Assembly: GCA_964016885.1 (NCBI GenBank)
Contig: OZ024740.1
Location: 558,001-622,000 of the forward strand
Length of the DNA stretch: 64,000 bases
Source of the DNA: Eledone cirrhosa
Taxonomy: Eukaryota
Direction: 5' to 3'
Below are positions 22,201 through 34,481 of this stretch, in pieces. Numbering within the stretch: the stretch's first letter is position 1; the number at the start of each line of letters is the position of its first letter. A program made the position numbers and the translations under genes. The notes below the pieces were generated by a model. It made no database searches, was not told where the DNA came from, and saw nothing but the letters and a program-made list of their open reading frames with translations.

Positions 22201-25200
22201 CCTGGGTAGGTAGTATATCTCAACAGTGGTAGAGTCTACACCCCTGTCTAGGTAGTATATCTCAACAGTGGTAGATTCTACACCCCTGTCTAGGTAGTAT
22301 ATCTCAACAGTGGTAGATTCTAGACCCCTGGGTAGGTAGTATATCTCAACAGTGGTAGATTCTAGACCCCTGGGTAGGTAGTATATCTCAACAGTGGTAG
22401 ATTCTAGACCCCTGGGTAGGTAGTATATCTCAACAGTGGTAGATTCTAGACCCCTGGGTAGGTAGTATATCTCAACAGTGGTAGAGTCTACACCCCTGTC
22501 TAGGTTGTATATCTCAACAGTGGTAGATTCTAGACCCCTGGGTAGGTAGTATATCTCAACAGTGGTAGATTCTACACCCCTGTTAGGTAGTATATCTCAA
22601 CAGTGGTAGATTCTACACCTCTGTTTAGGTAGTATATCTCAACAGTGGTAGATTCTAGACCCCTGGGTAGGTAGTATATCTCAACAGTGGTAGAGTCTAC
22701 ACCCCTGTCTAGGTAGTATATCTCAACAGTGGTAGATTCTACACCCCTGTCTAGGTAGTATATCTCAACAGTGGTAGATTCTACACCCCTGTCTAGGTAG
22801 TATATCTCAACAGTGGTAGATTCTACACCCCTGGGTAGGTAGTATATCTCAACAGTGGTAGATTCTAGACCCCTGTCTAGGTAGTATATCTCAACAGTGG
22901 TAGAGTCTAGACCCCTGTCTAGGTAGTATATCTCAACAGTGGTAGATTCTAGACCCCTGGGTAGGTAGTATATCTCAACAGTGGTAGATTCTACACTCCT
23001 GTCTAGGTAGTATATCTCAACAGTGGTAGAGTCTAGACCCCTGGGTAGGTAGTATATCTCAACAGTGGTAGAGTCTAGACCCCTGTCTAGGTAGTATATC
23101 TCAACAGTGGTAGATTCTAGACCCCTGGGTAGGTAGTATATCTCAACAGTGGTAGATTCTAGACCCCTGGGTAGGTAGTATATCTCAACAGTGGTAGATT
23201 CTACACTCCTGTCTAGGTAGTATATCTCAACAGTGGTAGAGTCTAGACCCCTGGGTAGGTAGTATATCTCAACAGTGGTAGAGTCTAGACCCCTGTCTAG
23301 GTAGTATATCTCAACAGTGGTAGATTCTAGACCCCTGGGTAGGTAGTATATCTCAACAGTGGTAGAGTCTAGACCCCTGGGTAGGTAGTATATCTCAACA
23401 GTGGTAGAGTCTACACCCCTGTCTAGTAGTATATCTCAACAGTGGTAGAGTCTACACCCCTGTCTAGGTAGTATATCTCAACAGTGGTAGAGTCTAGACC
23501 CCTGGGTAGGTAGTATATCTCAACAGTGGTAGATTCTACACCCCTGTCTAGGTAGTATATCTCAACAGTGGTAGATTCTACACCCCTGTCTAGGTAGCAT
23601 ATCTCAACAGTGGTAGATTCTACACCCCTGGGTTGGTAGTATATCTCAACAGTGGTAGAGTCTACACCCCTGTCTAGGTAGTATATCTCAACAGTGGTAG
23701 AGTCTAGACCCCAGTCTAGGTAGTATATCTCAACAGTGGTAGATTCTACACCCCTGGGTAGGTAGTATATCTCAACAGTGGTAGATTCTACACCCCTGTC
23801 TAGGTAGTATATCTCAACAGTGGTAGAGTCTACACCCCTGTCTAGGTAGTATATCTCAACAGTGGTAGAGTCTACACCCCTGTCTAGGTAGTATATCTCA
23901 ACAGTGGTAGAGTCTAGACCCCTGGGTAGGTAGTATATCTCAACAGTGGTAGATTCTAGACCCCTGTCTAGGTAGTATATCTCAACAGTGGTAGAGTCTA
24001 GACCCCTGGGTAGGTAGTATATCTCAACAGTGGTAGATTCTAGACCCCTGGGTAGGTAGTATATCTCAACAGTGGTAGATTCTAGACCCCTGGGTAGGTA
24101 GTATATCTCAACAGTGGTAGATTCTAGACCCCTGGGTAGGTAGTATATCTCAACAGTGGTAGATTCTAGACCCCAGGGTAGGTAGTATATCTCAACAGTG
24201 GTAGAGTCTAGACCCCTGTCTAGGAAGTATATCTCAACAGTGGTAGATTCTACACCTCTGTTTAGGTAGTATATCTCAACAGTGGTAGATTCTAGACCCC
24301 TGGGTAGGTAGTATATCTCAACAGTGGTAGAGTCTACACCCCTGTCTAGGTAGTATATCTCAACAGTGGTAGATTCTACACCCCTGTCTAGGTAGTATAT
24401 CTCAACAGTGGTAGATTCTACACCCCTGTCTAGGTAGTATATCTCAACAGTGGTAGATTCTACACCCCTGGGTAGGTAGTATATCTCAACAGTGGTAGAT
24501 TCTAGACCCCTGTCTAGGTAGTATATCTCAACAGTGGTAGAGTCTAGACCCCTGTCTAGGTAGTATATCTCAACAGTGGTAGATTCTAGACCCCTGGGTA
24601 GGTAGTATATCTCAACAGTGGTAGATTCTACACTCCTGTCTAGGTAGTATATCTCAACAGTGGTAGAGTCTAGACCCCTGGGTAGGTAGTATATCTCAAC
24701 AGTGGTAGAGTCTAGACCCCTGTCTAGGTAGTATATCTCAACAGTGGTAGATTCTAGACCCCTGGGTAGGTAGTATATCTCAACTGGTAGATTCTAGACC
24801 CCTGGGTAGGTAGTATATCTCAACAGTGGTAGATTCTACACTCCTGTCTAGGTAGTATATCTCAACAGTGGTAGAGTCTAGACCCCTGGGTAGGTAGTAT
24901 ATCTCAACAGTGGTAGAGTCTAGACCCCTGTCTAGGTAGTATATCTCAACAGTGGTAGATTCTAGACCCCTGGGTAGGTAGTATATCTCAACAGTGGTAG
25001 AGTCTAGACCCCTGGGTAGGTAGTATATCTCAACAGTGGTAGAGTCTACACCCCTGTCTAGTAGTATATCTCAACAGTGGTAGAGTCTACACCCCTGTCT
25101 AGGTAGTATATCTCAACAGTGGTAGAGTCTACACCCCTGTCTAGGTAGTATATCTCAACAGTGGTAGATTCTAGACCCCTGGGTAGGTAGTATATCTCAA

Positions 25201-25623
25201 CAGTGGTAGAGTCTAGACCCCTGGGTAGGTAGTATATCTCAACAGTGGTAGAGTCTACACCCCTGTCTAGTAGTATATCTCAACAGTGGTAGAGTCTACA
25301 CCCCTGTCTAGGTAGTATATCTCAACAGTGGTAGAGTCTAGACCCCTGGGTAGGTAGTATATCTCAACAGTGGTAGAGTCTACACCCCTGTCTAGGTAGT
25401 ATATCTCAACAGTGGTAGATTCTAGATCCCTGGGTAGGTAGTATATCTCAACAGTGGTAGAGTCTACACCCCTGTCTAGTAGTATATCTCAACAGTGGTA
25501 GAGTCTACACCCCTGTCTAGTAGTATATCTCAACAGTGGTAGAGTCTACACCCCTGTCTAGGTAGTATATCTCAACAGTGGTAGAGTCTACACCCCTGTC
25601 TGGGTAGTATATCTCAACAGTGG
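16229..25623. repeat. 42-bp tandem satellite, ~223 copies, 9.4 kb
   Basis: Unit GGTAGA[G/T]TCTA[C/G]ACCCCTG[TC/GG]TAGGTAGTATATCTCAACAGT; phase recurs every 420 nt. Confidence 0.99.
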
Positions 25624-25889
25624 AAAAGAAGGGAAAGGCCAAGGATTATGAAACAACGAAAGAAAGGGGAAAGAGGGTAACAAACTCTACACCTAAGTCA
25701 GAGTTGTGTTTTGGCTGAGAGAGTCGTACGCCATGCTTTGTAGCATAGAGTCACGCCCCTTTATGATCTGAGTTCAAATCCCGTCGAGGTTAACTTTGCC
25801 TTTCATCCTTACAAGGTCGATAAAATAAAGTACCAGTAATACACTGGGTAATTGCTGGCCTTGTGCCAAAAGTAGAAACAATTATTATT

Positions 25890-26262
25890 CTTCGCCTACT
25901 TAATCCTGGGAGGACAAAATCCTCAAATACTCCTTCTAGCGGATCCTGTCAAAAGCAACCTTCTCCAAGTGATCCTGCTAGATAACCAAGCGATACCAGC
26001 CAAGCTTATGGATGTTATCCAACCATCTTGCTCGGGGTCTACCCCTGGGTCTCCCGCCGGATGGTTTTGCCTGTAAAATCTCTTCAGTGATTCTTTCCTG
26101 AGACATTGTAACCACATGCCCATAGTGTCAGAACTGTGAACTCCCAATTCGGAGAAATAGCGGCTCTACCTGGAGTGACTCTCTCATCTCTGAGCTACAC
26201 ATTCTATCATTCTAAAGACCCCTCTGTGGAACCCCATTTTGGCCACTTGTATTCCCGCAACC
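25890..26262 (-). mobile_element. older RTE-family LINE 3' fragment, resumes at 30277-30316. Related fragments 32375-32555, 39590-39940
   Basis: Minus strand gives RPRGRPRTRWLDNIH-like coding; CCCGCAACC|GTATTCTTTCGGTCATTAC rejoins across the RTE insertion. Confidence 0.75.
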
Positions 26263-29200
26263 ATTTTGGCCGAAAAATTTTGCCAGGATTCATGGCCTCT
26301 CTCTCTCTCGGCCTGCTAAAATCGCCTCTCACCCTCTCACTCTCTCACTCCCCCTCACTCCCTGCCAACCAAATATAAATAAGTCTTGTTACGGGGGACA
26401 AAACTCAGAATTTGTCAACTATTATGATGGTCGGTCGGTCAGTCTACTTCTAAGAAATGTAACGTACATATCTCATTTTCTTCTCAACTCTCCACTCCAC
26501 CCTTCGGTTCATTCATCTATATATCTTATAATCCCCCAGAATCAAAAAATCGTATTCATAATTGTCTTTCTATAATTCTGTCTCACTGTTCTAAAAAAAA
26601 AATAATAAGTCTGCTCCTCGCAAACTACCCCATACCCCTCCCTCCCGCCCCCACTCTCCACCTTATTATTTGGACCAATCACAAGTCAACGGCCTATGCT
26701 ATCACTTCTGGTTGTTTTTCGATATGATGGATGAACTAGGGAATTTCTGGAGAGTCTGAAGAATCTGGACACCCGAAGACAATGCAAAAGATAACGACAA
26801 ATTCACCTCATGCTGCCGGATGAAAGGGCAAGGCCCCACCCCCTCTTTGTTGCGGCCGCGGATGGCCAACATAACCCCATCCACGTCACCCCTCCCTGCA
26901 CCCCACCCACCAAACGCAATCCCAAACTTCAGAGTTGGTACCATAAATGTAGGGACCTTAAAAGGCCGCTCTAACGAGGTTGTTGAAATGCTTGGACGTA
27001 AGGAGGTTGATGTCTGCTGTATCCAAGAGACCAGGTGGAGGGGCGGGTCTGCTAGATTCATTGTGGGTAAAAAACGATACTATAAGCTTTTCTGGGTGGG
27101 AAATGACAATGGGCTGGGTGGGGTAGGAATCATGTTAGCAGAAAAATGGGTGGATAAGATAATAGACGTAAATAGAGTAAACGACAGAATAATTAAAATA
27201 AGACTTGTTCTAAATAGAACTACTGTGACGATAATATCTGCGTACGCGCCCCAATCCGGACTGCCTGGCGCTATAGAAGACAGTTTCTATGAGACACTGA
27301 TGCTCACTACCTTCCAAATAACCGACAGTGACTATATAATTATTGCTGGCGACCTAAATGGCCACGTTGGACAACATTGTGACGGCTATGATGGAATCCA
27401 CGGATGCTATGGGTTTGGTACTAGAAATGAGGAAGGCTCCAGAATCCTGGAATTCTGTGACGCAAATAACCTAACAATCTGTAACACTAACTTCAAAAAA
27501 CGAGACAATCACTTGATCACCTACAGATCAGGGGAACATACCAGCCAGGTAGATTATATCCTTACCAGAAGACGTGACAGAGTGTCTGTTGTAAACACTA
27601 AATCCCTCCCCCATGAAGAATGCACCTCCCAACATAGACTCATAATTAGCGACCTTATAGTCAGGACCAGATCTACTCGACAGCAGAAGAGGACTATCCT
27701 CAGGAGAAAAATATGGAAGCTAAAGGACCCCACAGCCAGAAATAAATTTCAAAGCATATTACTTGATGCTTTCGACAGTAAGGAAGAGCATTTAGAGTTG
27801 TACAATATAGAGGAACAGTGGGAATTCCTGAAAGCAAACCTGCTGATGGCGGCAGACGAAGTCTGTGGCCGGAGCAGGCCTATAGGCAGGAGGAGAGTAA
27901 CATGGTGGTGGAACAGTAAGGTGGAGGAGTCAATTAAGGCCAAAAAGCAGGCTTGGAAAGTATGGCGGGATGGGGGATGTAGAGAAGACTATCAAGTGGC
28001 TAGGAGGGAAGCTAGGAGACAAGTGTACTTCGCAAGAAGGGAAGCAGAGAAAAGAAAGTTCAAGCATGTTCTACAACGTGAGGTGTTCAGGATTGCTAGG
28101 CAATGTGTCAAGGAAAACCGTGATATTGTTGGGGAGAAGTGTGTACTAAATGATGATGCCGTACTTGCCATCACTGACGCTGATAAGAAGGTAGCTTGGA
28201 AGTGTCACTACGAAAGGCTACTAAATGAGGAGAATAAATGGGAGAAAGACAGTCTCCCCCACATCGACCCAATAGAGGGACCAGCAGTGTTAGTTGAAGG
28301 TAGTATAATAAGTAAGGCAATCAAAGATATGAAGACGGGTAAGGTGGCTGGGCCTTCGGAAATAGTTGCTGAGATGCTGAAAGCCTCTGGAACGGTGGGA
28401 CACACCATGGTCACCCGGATAGTAAACCAAGTCATACAGAATGGGGTTGTTCCGAAGGACTGGCGTAGCAGCATCATCATTAACTGTTACAAGGGTAAAG
28501 GAGATGCCCTGGATAGGAGTAACTATAGAGGCATTAAATTAATCGACCAGGTCATGAAGGTCACGGAAAAAGTAATAGCGCAACTAATCAGAGAGAGAAT
28601 TGATCTAGATGAAATGCAGTTCGGGTTTGTGTCAGGCAAAAGTACCACAGACGCTCTTTTCATTGTACGACAACTACAGGAGAAGTACCTAGCTAAAAGT
28701 AAACCCCTATACTTAGCTTTTGTCGACTTGGAGAAAGCCTTCAACAGAGTCTCCCGTTCCATTATCTGGTGGGCTCTTAGAAAACTAGGTGTTGACGAAT
28801 GGCTTGTGAGAGCTATACAAGCCATGTATAAAGAAACAGTCAGCAAGGTTAGAATTAACAACGAATATAGTGAAGAGTTTAGCGTAAAAGTTGGTGTTCA
28901 TCAGGGCTCTGTTCTTAGCCCCCTACTATTTATTATTGTCCTTCAGGCTATAACAGTGGAGTTCAAGAGCGGCTGCCCATGGGAACTCCTATACGCAGAT
29001 GATCTAACGCTCATAGCTGAATCAATGGCCGAGCTAGAGAAGAAATTCCAAACATGGAAGCACGGCCTAGAATCAAAAGGCCTTAAAATTAACCTGGCTA
29101 AGACTAAAGTTCTAGTTTGTAGGAAAGAAAATAAGGCGGCGGTCCCTTTCGGGAAATGGCCATGCTCAGTGTGTAGGAAAGGCGTAGGTAGAAACTCCAT

Positions 29201-30276
29201 TTTATGTCCCAAATGCAAAGTATGGGTGCATAAAAGATGTAGTGGGATCACAGGTAAGCTAACTAAGAACATAGATTTTACATGTAGCCGGTGCTCTGGT
29301 GCAATAAGTAGCAGCAAGTGCCCACAAAATACTAGCTCTTTCAATTGCGCAGAGGGTTCTATAGACATAGTGGACAGCTTCCGTTACCTGGGTGACAAAA
29401 TCAGCAGTGGGGGAGGGTGCTCTGAAAGTACGGTAGCTAGAGTCAGAACTGGATGGAAAAAGTTCAGAGAGCTTATACCACTATTAGCCGCTAAAGGGTT
29501 CTCCCTAAAAATGAAAGGCAGGTTGTATGATGCCTGCATACGAACAGCAATGTTGCATGGCAGTGAGACCTGGGCATTGTGTGCAGAGGATATACGCAGA
29601 CTAGAGAGGAATGAAGCTTGCATGCTCCGCTGGATGTGTAATAGTAATATACGTGAACGGCAAAGCATAAAGGAACTAAGGAAAAAATTACGTGATGCGC
29701 ATGAAAGACGACAGCTGTATAAAAAAGTGCGAGGAAATAAAGATAGACGGTAGCCACGGAGTAGGCAGACCCAGAAAAACCTGGGACGACCTGATAAATT
29801 CCGACCTCACACACTTACAACTCTCCAAGACAATGTCACTGGACCGAGATCTTTGGCGGTACTCAGTAATAGAGAAGACTCGCCTTGCCTAAGTACAAAG
29901 TAAACCTACTACAGTCAGTAGGCATCCCTAACAAAATATGCCCCCGTCACACCACCCCCACCCCATCCACACCGCCCCTTTCAATGTAAAGTTATGTTGG
30001 TGCCACAACATCCAGGCTGAAACAAATGAGATCGTGTAGGTGTCACGACAAAAAAACACACAGTCCACGCTGTAATGTGGCCGTGTAGGCAACACGGTAA
30101 AAACCTCCCAGTCCCACACTCTAAATGTGGTTGGTGTTAGGAAGGGCATCCAGCTGTAGAAAACCCGCCAGACAGTCCTATGCGAGCAAGACAACCACTC
30201 TTGCCTCAAGTGGGAAAACTCCTGTCCAAACCCATGCAAGCGTGGAAGACGGACATTAAACGATGATGATGATGAT
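26263..30276 (+). mobile_element. full-length RTE-clade LINE
   Basis: 5'UTR, single APE-RT ORF, 3'UTR ending GGACATTAAAC(GAT)5. Confidence 0.93.
26820..29892 (+). pseudogene. RTE ORF (APE + RT + inserted PHD-type finger), frameshifted by a ~50-bp deletion at ~29690
   Basis: GTINVGTL, IQETRW, YAP, GDLNGH, QVDYIL; YRGIKL, DLEKAFNRV, GVHQGSVLSP, YADD, FRYLG; C-terminus continues in ORF 29692..29892 (GRPRKTW). Confidence 0.92.
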
Positions 30277-30789
30277 GTATTCTTTCGGTCATTACTCAAG
30301 ATTCATAACCATAACAACGTAATATTAGCATCTTTATTTCATCTCATCCACATCTTTATTTTATCACATTTTTTCTCACCTTTGTCTAATATAATTATTT
30401 CATTCCATTTCATTCTTCTCGTCATCTTTATTTCATTTCATCTCAACTTTGTCTGTCAACATCTTTTTTAGATTTTTCACACTGAATGTGTGTGTGTGTG
30501 TGTGTAACTATTTAACGTAACCTAATTAAAAATGCACTTTAATTACCAGCGATATTTTTTCTTTTTCTCACTCAGTTTTATTTTCTTTCGTCTTTTTTCT
30601 TTAAAATTAGATCTGGTTTGAGAGTAGTAAATTCTAATATCTGGCTCTATTGGGTAATCACCCTAATGCTTCCTCGTTCTTCTAATGTTCTTACAACTTC
30701 CCCTCTACAACAAACCTGTAAAATACTTAATGTCATTTTTCTCAATGATTCTTTTTTTTTTTCTCATGATGAAATTTTTAGATGTTTTT

Positions 30790-30910
30790 TTTCCCCACCT
30801 TTTAACATTTTTTTCTTCTTTTTCTTTTCTTTTCTTTTCTTTTCTTTCTTTTCCTTTTCTTTTTCTCCTTTCTCTTTTCTTTTTCTTCTTTTTCTTTTCT
30901 TTTTCTATCA
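30790..30910. repeat. (TTTTC)n pyrimidine tract
   Basis: Direct inspection. Confidence 0.9.
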
Positions 30911-31326
30911 ATTGTGGCAAGGATTAGACTGATTCATACACACACATCTATCCATTACTATTTCTATCTTCCTTACTCTGATAGGTCAGCACTAGCTACT
31001 TCTTTTATCTCTCCCTCCCTCCCTCCCTCTCTCTCTCTCTTTCTGCCAACACTTCTACTATTATCCATACTTACTTCTTTCCACAAGAAGAGTCTTCCAT
31101 CCAAATTCGGTTTTATCTCTTTGATTGCTATTAATCATCCCAGCAGATGATGCTGTTCTTCTGATTTCTATCCAGAAGATTCTGCTGTTCTACTTCCATA
31201 TCTTCCATCATAACCAGACAGTATCAAACTTCCTACTACTTAGTTTGTTCATCACCTCTCTCTCTCCTATTAAAAGCATTCACTTATTCCACTAGTTAAT
31301 AACCAACCAGAAATATATATACACAG

Positions 31327-31339
<13 letters not shown>

Positions 31340-31357
<18 letters not shown>

Positions 31358-31670
31358 ATCAAGTAAGAATATTTTCGAAACAGCGAGTGGATTTGAAATT
31401 ATTAGAAATGTTAGCTATCGCCGTATTTTGACTAAAGAAATGTACGCCAATACTCATCTTTTTCCATTTCTCCGAGGGTTCTTAACCCCACTATCAGGCT
31501 AAATAATTTCTTTAATTTCTTTAGTCAAAATACGGCGATAGCTAACATTTCTAATAATATATATATATATATATGAAAGAGTTGGGACCCGACTCTTTCA
31601 TATTACCCTCTACTACTCCAAGTATCAAGTACTTTGGTGAGTAAAGGTCTAACAGGTTTTTACTGCATCC
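31340..31670. mobile_element. two foldback elements in (TA)n tracts (Penelope-like fragments)
   Basis: Perfect ~45-bp inverted arms ATTATTAGAAATGTTAGCTATCGCCGTATTTTGACTAAAGAAAT at ~31397 and ~31515; hairpin ATATGAAAGAGT..ACTCTTTCATAT with tail like 12223-12270. Confidence 0.6.
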
Positions 31671-34260
31671 ATTTTGATTTATGATGATGATTCAGCCCAC
31701 ACTGTGAAGTGGACGTGTAAAAGACACGGCAAAAAGCAATGTGGTTGGCGTTAGGAAGGGCATCCAGCCATAGAAAACCTGCCAAAACAGTCCAATATGA
31801 GTGAGACACAGTCACCTGACCCAACTTGCCTCTAAATGGGACCCGTCTAACCCATGCTAGCGTGGAAGATAGACATTAAATGATGATGATGACTACTCTA
31901 GGCAGCCACAACTCCCATAGTCTACTACAACTGGTGTACTGTACACTGCAGCAGATACTGTAATACATAGCACAATATATATACAGTACACTATATACTG
32001 TATACTACAAGTGCACAGTAAACTACATGTTGTAGCCTATACCACAACAGATGTATACTGCATACCATAGCCTATACCTCTACAGGTATACAGTACACTA
32101 CACATACCACAACACATTGTAACCTATACCACAACATGTACAATACAGCCCATACTGTAGCCTATACCACAGCAGGTGCACTGTGTAATAAATTACATAG
32201 TAGTGTTCATTAAAGTATGTTACTTAGTGTAATTAACAGTTGCAGAGATCACCTGTTGCAATGAGCCACAGGTATGCAGTATATATGGTTACAGTGCAAC
32301 ATTAAACTAGTGAGCAGTGTTACACCACTACATAAAGCCACAATATTTACCTTTCCTCATCTTTTCTGGTGTCTTCTTCACCCACTTATCCCTGAGAGTC
32401 CTCAAACACTCCTTCCAGCAGGTCCTGTCAGAAGCAACTGTCTCCAATTGATCTGGCTGGATTCTCAAGCGAGACCAGCCAAGCTCATGGATGTTATCCA
32501 ACCATCTTGCTCAGGGTCTACCCCTGGGTCTCCTGCCAGTTGGTTTTGCTCGTAAAATCTGCCAAGCCAAAATCCATATTAAAACTTTCTCTCGATCATT
32601 CTAAACCCAACAAACTGCAAATATCTGTAATTCCACTCCTGACCATTTTCTCTTTTCATGTATCAACTCAGAAATGTTCAAACCAAACGTCATCACCATC
32701 TCCACTCTGGGTGAGTCTCTATCTCCAGTCTGGGGGAGCATGCCACAACTATGGAGGATTGAACCAGTAACCTTTAGTTTAACATTAACTGACTGACTTG
32801 CTCCTAAACACCATTTCCATAGAAAGTACATAAAAACCAGTTGTAGCCTTTCAAAGAAGCTTGTTTGTGTGTGTGTATGCACTGATTATAATGGTTTCTC
32901 ATTTAGGCACAAGGCCAACAATTTTGGAGGCGGGGAAAGTGGATTAAATTGATCCCGTAAGGATGAAAGGCAAAGCTAACCTCAGTGGTATTTGAACTCG
33001 GAACGTAAAGAGCCGTAACTCTATGCAGTGAAGTATGGTGTCCGACGCTCTACAGATACTGCCAATCCACTGCACAGATATGATGGCTGTTTGCCTTTGC
33101 TATCTAGTATACCTTTTACAACTCTTCCTCTTTTCCTTTAAAGATGCCTCTCCACCATATGGTCTTTCAACATACTGAACTCTCAGGTCTTTAATAATTG
33201 TCCCTCCCTGCTTATTAACTTTTTAACTCTCGCACACACCACATACACATACATGCACACACACACATACATACACATGCTTCATACACATAGTTTTTAT
33301 CACTACCTTTGATGTATTTCCCAATAATTACTACAGAGCCTCAATCAATGTGTTAGGAATGCAATATATTCAACTTCTATATGCCCATATATGTATTTAC
33401 TGTCATCCGCATTATTATGATTAGACCCTGTAAGGATGAAAGGCAAAGCTGACCTCGGCAGAATTTGAACTCAGAACATGTGAGGGCGGTGGATTGGCAG
33501 TATCAGTAGAGCATCAGGCACCATGTTTTGCAGCATAGAGTTATGGCTCTTTACGTTCTTAGTTCAAATCCTGTCGAGATTAGCTTTGGCCTTCATCCTT
33601 ACGAGGTTGATAAAATAAAGTACTAGTAATGTACTGGGGTCGATTTAATCGTCTTCATCCCCCCCCCCCCAAAAAAAAAAAAATTGCTGGCCTTGTATCT
33701 ACAGGAGGAACCATTATTAAAGGGTATTAGTGTATCTTAACAGCCAATATCAATATATTGGTCTCTTTGTAGTTCTTTAACTACTACACCAATGACCACA
33801 TGGTAGTGGTAACATTAGTAGTGGTGGTGGTAGCAGTAGTAGTAGTAATAGTCCCACTTTGATCCCATCTACACAAACATAGCAAATTATAGTCCAATGT
33901 GGCAACATTCAGCTGATTCAAGTCATATTCTCTCTCTTCTTCAAAGAGAGAGAATATATTTTTTACATTATTTGTGGAATATAGACCAAAAAATACAGCC
34001 AAGTTTAGGTCATTCCTGATATAAACATCATATTAGATTGGCAGTTTCGGGGTTGGACATGTTTTGCAGCATATTGTTACAGCCTTTTACATTCTGAGTT
34101 CAAATTCGGCCAAAGTTTGCTTTGGCTATCATCCTTACAGGGTTGATATAATAAAGTACCAGTCACACACTGGGGTCGATTTAATCGACCTTTCTCCTCC
34201 CCAAAAATTGCTGGTCTTGTGCCTATAGTAGAAACAATTATTATTATTATTGCAGTTTAA

Positions 34261-34481
34261 CCCTTTAGCATTCACATTACTCTATATTTACTATTGTATT
34301 TTCACAGTAGACACTTTATCTCGCATAATTATCCCACATAATATCGAATCTACGAGATTTTGATATTACTTATTTTGAAAACAATACCTTAACATCATTA
34401 TGAGCAGCTGGTTACAACCGGTTTGAACAGAAGGAAGTGAGGGACTTCTGGCTGGATATGGTCAGTTTAAATGCTAAAGGG
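34261..34481. mobile_element. piggyBac-type MITE, empty 221-bp copy. Degenerate copies ~37725-37885, ~40890-41070
   Basis: TTAA TSD on both sides; TIR CCCTTTAGCATT. Confidence 0.92.

Noticed and set aside
16229-25623. CRISPR-like array
   Set aside because: Units are contiguous with no unique spacers, there are no cas genes, and the context is eukaryotic
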